Below, one piece after another: positions 59,415-64,000 of a stretch of DNA of 64,000 nt. The DNA is from an archaeon. Lineage in GTDB: Archaea > Nanobdellota > Nanobdellia > SCGC-AAA011-G17 > GW2011-AR17. The stretch covers positions 1,308 to 65,307 of the forward strand of contig JBDRRK010000002.1 of NCBI GenBank assembly GCA_043825775.1, in the 5' to 3' direction. Under the pieces are notes generated by a model. It was not told the origin of the DNA, did no database searches, and worked only from the letters and a program-made list of their open reading frames with translations. The stretch's first letter is position 1, and each line of letters begins with the position of its first letter. The position numbers and the translations under genes were made by a program.

Positions 59415-61004
59415 GTGGTAAAAATCAAAAGAGGAATAAAAACAGGAATAATATTTTTAATAATAGCTTTAATTTTATGCATTACTTTAGTATTTGCAGA
59501 TAATTTAATAGTCACACCAACTGCTCCTGCAAATGGAACATTTTGGAATGGAACTTGTATGAACTTTACTTTTACAGCTGTAGGAAATGATACACAGTTT
59601 GACAATGCTTCACTATATATTGATAGAGTTTTTTCTGGTTTTGTAACAAATGTTATTAATAATACTGCGACAACAAATCTAACTAATTGTTCTGAAGATT
59701 CTATTGCTGAAGGAGGACATAGTTGGTATATTAATGTAACAGAAGGTTCAGCAAGTGTTTGGGCAAATGGATCTTATGTTGCAGGTGCAAATACAAACAT
59801 GTCATTCATTGTTGATAGAACACTTCCTATTTATGATGTAGGTGTATTCTATACAAATCAGAGTCAAAGAAAACAGAACAATATTTATGTAACTATAAAT
59901 ATAACAGAAATATATGGAGCTAATGTTACCTTTACTTTGTTTAATATATCTAAAGATGAACAAAATAATACTGTAAATAGGACTGTAAAAACACTTAATG
60001 CTAGTGCATTTCAAATTGTAACAATGAATTGGACTGATTTAAGTGATGGAAACTATAGTTATAATGTGACTGTTACTGATTTTGCTGGAAATACAAATAA
60101 AACTAAAGAATTAGCACTTAGAAATGGATATCTTCTTTCCTATATGGTGATAGACACTACAGCTCCAGTTGTTAATATTGTAAGCCCTACGGCATCAAGT
60201 ACAGAAGAATATGATGGGGTTATAACCTTTAATTATAACTTTACAGATGTTAATCAGGTTATAAATTGTAGTTTGTGGCTTGATGGAGTTCACAATGCAA
60301 CTAACACATCTATTGCTCAGAATGTACAGTATAATATAAGTGTAGTAGGTTTACCTTTGAATAGCAATGCTTATTCATACTATATTAAGTGTGAAGACAA
60401 TGCTTCAAACATAGGAAATTCAGTTACACGGTATTTAGATACATATAGAGATCCAGCAGCAGGTACTGGAGATAGTAATGTAGCAACAGGAACAACTACA
60501 ACAACATCAACTACACACGATGGTGGAACAATTGATGCAGGTGGTTACAGCCAGAGTGTTGCTGAAGGTGAAAAAGTAACATTTGAGTTGAGAGATGAAG
60601 ACTTCAAGATTAGAGTGGATAGTGTTGGTACAACTACAGTTGATGTATATCTATATGAAGCAGATTCAACAGTGACAATAACAAAAGGAATGAAGAAAAA
60701 GGTTGACTTGAATGGAGATGGTGTATATGATGCATATATCTCTTGTGTAGACATTGAAAATGGTGAAGCAACTATACAAATCGACTTGTATGAAGCATCA
60801 GCAGATACCACACCTGAAGTAGAAGAAGTGGCAATACCAGAAGAGGAATTACCAGCAGCTGAAGTTGTTGAAGATGAAGGTGGTTTCTTTGCAGGAACTC
60901 CTGGAGAAGGTTGGTATATGAATGCATGGAACTGGGTATTGATTGGATTGTTAGTTACTGGTGGAGTGCTAGCAGGACTTTGGTACTTTGTTTGGAGAAA
61001 GTAA
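59415..61004 (+). CDS. Membrane-anchored surface glycoprotein with Ig-like repeats
   Basis: Signal peptide; many N-x-S/T sequons; DRTLP and DTTAP Ig-like units; Thr linker; DLNGDGVYD domain; C-terminal TM. Confidence 0.82.
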   Translation: MVKIKRGIKTGIIFLIIALILCITLVFADNLIVTPTAPANGTFWNGTCMNFTFTAVGNDTQFDNASLYIDRVFSGFVTNVINNTATTNLTNCSEDSIAEGGHSWYINVTEGSASVWANGSYVAGANTNMSFIVDRTLPIYDVGVFYTNQSQRKQNNIYVTINITEIYGANVTFTLFNISKDEQNNTVNRTVKTLNASAFQIVTMNWTDLSDGNYSYNVTVTDFAGNTNKTKELALRNGYLLSYMVIDTTAPVVNIVSPTASSTEEYDGVITFNYNFTDVNQVINCSLWLDGVHNATNTSIAQNVQYNISVVGLPLNSNAYSYYIKCEDNASNIGNSVTRYLDTYRDPAAGTGDSNVATGTTTTTSTTHDGGTIDAGGYSQSVAEGEKVTFELRDEDFKIRVDSVGTTTVDVYLYEADSTVTITKGMKKKVDLNGDGVYDAYISCVDIENGEATIQIDLYEASADTTPEVEEVAIPEEELPAAEVVEDEGGFFAGTPGEGWYMNAWNWVLIGLLVTGGVLAGLWYFVWRK

Positions 61005-61122
61005 ATTTTTCCTTTTTTTTCTTTAATTTTTATTTCTAAAAATTTTTTATTATAATGTTAAGTTTACAGTAAACTTTATAAATAAATAAATGATATTATA
61101 GTTAATAACTATATAGGGGAGA

Positions 61123-63036
61123 ATGTCTAAAATGAAAAGAGGAATCTTAATGTTAATTTTTATTATTCTAGTATTACCAACAGTCGCAGCAACAGTAAGT
61201 ATTACTGGTCCGGAACAATCTAAGTATAATATAGGAGATACTATTGATGTTTCTGGCTATGTTTTTGAAGCAGAAGACCTGACTGGTTTTTTGCAGATGA
61301 ATGTTGAATGTAATAATGCTTCTTTTCCTAAACAATTGATTCCTATTAGTTTAAATGGTGGCGAACAGAAAACTTTCTCTCAATTAGGCATTCCTGATGT
61401 TACTACAACTTCTTCCATGGCTGGAACTTGTTCCTTAAAAATAACATTATTAGTTGGTGGTTTGGTTGTGGAAGAAGATAGTTCAAGTTCTTTTACTATT
61501 ACTAAAGATTTAACTGGTTTATTTGATGTTGATAAAACTAAAATACAGATGGGTGATTCTTTTCAATTGAATGGAGTTATCACAAAAATTAATGGTGAAA
61601 AGGTTACTGGTTCTGCTGAGATTTATTTTGAAAGAGAGGGAGTTGAATATTTAATTGATTTAGTTCCTGTTTATGGTGGAACACTTTCATATGTTTATGA
61701 TTCTTCAAATAGTTATCCTGCTGATTATGCTATAAATATAATTGTTAGAGATAGTTATGGTAATGAACAAAGGTTTGATAATGTTGAAACTGTGCAGATT
61801 ATAGATGAGATTTCTGTTTTCTTAGATACTGAAGAGGATTCTGTTCTTCCTGGAGGTTTATTAGAAGTTTTTGGAACTGTTATGGATATTGAACAAAATC
61901 CAGTTGAGCAAGCGACTGTCGAACTTAGTTTTGATGATTCTGAATTATTAAGCACAAGTTTAATTGGTGGTGCTTTTAGTACAACTTTACAAATTTCATC
62001 AACATTAACTTCTGGTGAACATACATTAGAGGTTTTTGTAGAAGACTTAAATGGAAATAAAGGAAGAGCTACTGCAGTAGTAGAGATTATTCCAGTTGTA
62101 ACATCTCTTAAGAATAATTTTGGAAATGCTTCTTTTAATCCTAGCGATTCATTAGAGTTAGAGGTTTTAATGTATGATCAGGCTGGAGATTTAATGACTG
62201 GAAATATTGTTGTAGAAATTTATGATTCTACTGAAATTATGATTTCACAGAAAGAGGTAAGTTCTTCTGAAAGACTATTGTTTGAAATTCCTGAATTTGC
62301 TAATCCTGGCAGTTGGAAAATAGTTTCATATAATGGAGATGTTAGAGATGAAGATGAAATAAATGTTAATACTATTCAAGATTTAGTTATGTGGGTTGAA
62401 AATGAAGTTCTTTATATTAAGAATATAGGAAATGTAAGATATAAAGATGATTTGAATTTGGCAATTTCAGGAGCTGGATATGATTATAATATTAAAAAGA
62501 CAAAGAGTATTGCTCCTAATGAAACAATAATGATTGATTTGGCTAATGAGTTGCCTTCTGGTAGTTATTCAATTGAATTACCTACTGGAAATGCTCTTTT
62601 GAATGTTGATGATGTTGAAATTTTAAATGGAACTTCAAGGTATAAAATGACTTGGATGTATATTATACTTGCTTTGATTTTTGTTGGTGGTTTATCATAT
62701 ATGGTTTATGGTAGAGTTAAAGCTGGTAAGAAACCAACAGAGGAAAGAAGGTTTGGTAAGAGACCTGCTGAAGCTCCTATGATTATAAAGAAAAAGAAAT
62801 TACAACAAAAACCTTCATTGACTTTTGGTAAAGAGGAAGGTTTAGCTGATTTTAAAAAAAGAGTTGTTAAAGATATTAAAGAGACTGAAGAGAAGTTTAG
62901 GAGAGATGAGGAACTTAAGAATAGAGATAGGATGAGAGGTGGTGGAAGTTTGGCTACTGTTATGGGAAAGAATCCTAGAGAGGCTCCTAAACAAGAAGCA
63001 AAACAAGAGAATTTCTTTGGAAAGTTATTTGATTAA
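61123..63036 (+). CDS. Membrane-anchored beta-sandwich surface protein with basic cytoplasmic tail
   Basis: Signal peptide; repeated DSYGN/DLNGN Ig-like units; IKNIGNVRY; TM. Confidence 0.75.
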   Translation: MSKMKRGILMLIFIILVLPTVAATVSITGPEQSKYNIGDTIDVSGYVFEAEDLTGFLQMNVECNNASFPKQLIPISLNGGEQKTFSQLGIPDVTTTSSMAGTCSLKITLLVGGLVVEEDSSSSFTITKDLTGLFDVDKTKIQMGDSFQLNGVITKINGEKVTGSAEIYFEREGVEYLIDLVPVYGGTLSYVYDSSNSYPADYAINIIVRDSYGNEQRFDNVETVQIIDEISVFLDTEEDSVLPGGLLEVFGTVMDIEQNPVEQATVELSFDDSELLSTSLIGGAFSTTLQISSTLTSGEHTLEVFVEDLNGNKGRATAVVEIIPVVTSLKNNFGNASFNPSDSLELEVLMYDQAGDLMTGNIVVEIYDSTEIMISQKEVSSSERLLFEIPEFANPGSWKIVSYNGDVRDEDEINVNTIQDLVMWVENEVLYIKNIGNVRYKDDLNLAISGAGYDYNIKKTKSIAPNETIMIDLANELPSGSYSIELPTGNALLNVDDVEILNGTSRYKMTWMYIILALIFVGGLSYMVYGRVKAGKKPTEERRFGKRPAEAPMIIKKKKLQQKPSLTFGKEEGLADFKKRVVKDIKETEEKFRRDEELKNRDRMRGGGSLATVMGKNPREAPKQEAKQENFFGKLFD

Positions 63037-63477
63037 AATATAATCTTTTTCTTCTTCTATTAATTTTAAATTTAATTCTTTAATTAGTTTATTTGTTATT
63101 TCTTTTGATTTCTTTGCTTTTTTCAATACTGTTATGCAGATACTGCCTTTACAGACACGTTTTATTTCGTTTATGGCTTTGTTTAAGTTACAATGGTGGA
63201 TTGCTGTCAAACATATTAAAGAATTGAAATAATTATCTTTAAAGGGTATATTTTCAGCCTTTCCACAGATGACTTTTCCTTTTGCTTGTTTTAATAGTTC
63301 TGTTGATGGGTCTAGGCCTATTGATTCTATATTAAAGAATTCCATTGCAATACCTGTTCCACAACCTAGATCTAGTAGAATTGGTTTTGGATGGAAATAT
63401 TGCTTTATTATATTTAGTTTCTTTAATTGTTCTTCTTTGTATAAGTTGTTGTAACCTTTTGCTATTTCATTATACAT
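63025..63477 (-). CDS. Class I SAM-dependent methyltransferase
   Basis: LLDLGCGTG, GLDPS, AENIPFKDNYF, TAIHH. Confidence 0.88.
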   Translation of the reverse strand: MYNEIAKGYNNLYKEEQLKKLNIIKQYFHPKPILLDLGCGTGIAMEFFNIESIGLDPSTELLKQAKGKVICGKAENIPFKDNYFNSLICLTAIHHCNLNKAINEIKRVCKGSICITVLKKAKKSKEITNKLIKELNLKLIEEEKDYILIK

Positions 63478-63656
63478 TAAAATAGAAAATAATATATAGC
63501 TTTTAATCTTTTTGGATGGAATGGTTGCTTAAATTGGCCTTTCCAGAGGCCAAAATTGCTGAAAACTTACCTACTTTTAAGAAAGATTTGCCTAAGTTGA
63601 AAAATTAATATATTTCCATAAAGCTTATAAATAATAAAAATTAACTATTGTTAATT

Positions 63657-64000
63657 ATGGAATTACCTCAAGAAGTTGAAGTATGGTATGTTATTCCTGC
63701 TTTAAGGAAAGGGTTAGCTAAGTCTCTTTTAGAGTTAGGTTTATCTCAAAAGGAAATTGCTAAAAAATTGCAATTGACTGAACCTGCAGTTTCTCAATAT
63801 TTGAAAGGGAAGAGAGGGAATGATGTTAAGTTTAGTGAGAATGCTTTGAAGCAAATCAAGAGTTCTGCTAAGAAAATTAAAGTTTCCAATTCAAAAACAA
63901 TTGCTGGTAAAGAATTGTTTAGATTGACCGCTTATGTTAGAAAAACATGTTTATGTAAAATTCATAAAGGCTTGGAAAAAAATAGAGGTACTTGTAATAT
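63657..64000 (+). CDS. Archaeal HTH transcriptional regulator (3' truncated; not in ORF track)
   Basis: MELPQEVEVWYVIPALRKGLAKSL.ELGLSQKEIAKKLQLTEPAVSQYLKGKRG...LCKIH; TATA at ~63625. Confidence 0.88.
   Translation, partial: MELPQEVEVWYVIPALRKGLAKSLLELGLSQKEIAKKLQLTEPAVSQYLKGKRGNDVKFSENALKQIKSSAKKIKVSNSKTIAGKELFRLTAYVRKTCLCKIHKGLEKNRGTCN

Noticed and set aside
1-64000. CRISPR array, rRNA, transposase, integrase or provirus
   Set aside because: No regularly spaced repeats, no GC-rich rRNA-like tract and no recognisable mobile-element or viral hallmark genes were seen.

Overview
AT-rich, gene-dense archaeal chromosome segment, most consistent with a DPANN/Nanoarchaeota (Woesearchaeota- or Pacearchaeota-like) organism. 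This is inferred from TFB, rps8e, rpl37e, Lsm, AglB, archease, BHB-intron tRNAs, a Methanococcus-type S-layer gene and a large set of KRGQ prepilin-like genes. The window is dominated by cell-envelope functions. It holds a type IV pilus/Tad-like assembly module (KaiC-like ATPase, MinD-like ATPase, secretion ATPase, 2-3 T2SS-F membrane proteins) and 11 class III signal-peptide genes. It also holds glycosylation genes, an S-layer gene and four very large Cys-rich secreted proteins. The most notable observations are: (1) a 2253-aa secreted protein with a C-terminal bacterial-type lysozyme-like domain; (2) three paralogous Cys-rich giants with conserved ends and swappable cores, one core carrying a LysM domain and another a long Gly/Ala hydrophobic segment, which together suggest a pilus-associated apparatus for contacting or attacking peptidoglycan-bearing (bacterial) cells; (3) a yhcG/DUF1016 gene whose internal palindrome has a co-varying second copy just upstream of the gene. 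Three tRNAs and five ORFs missing from the ORF track (four small genes plus the HTH gene truncated at the window end) were also identified. All family assignments come from motif recognition by eye, not database searches.
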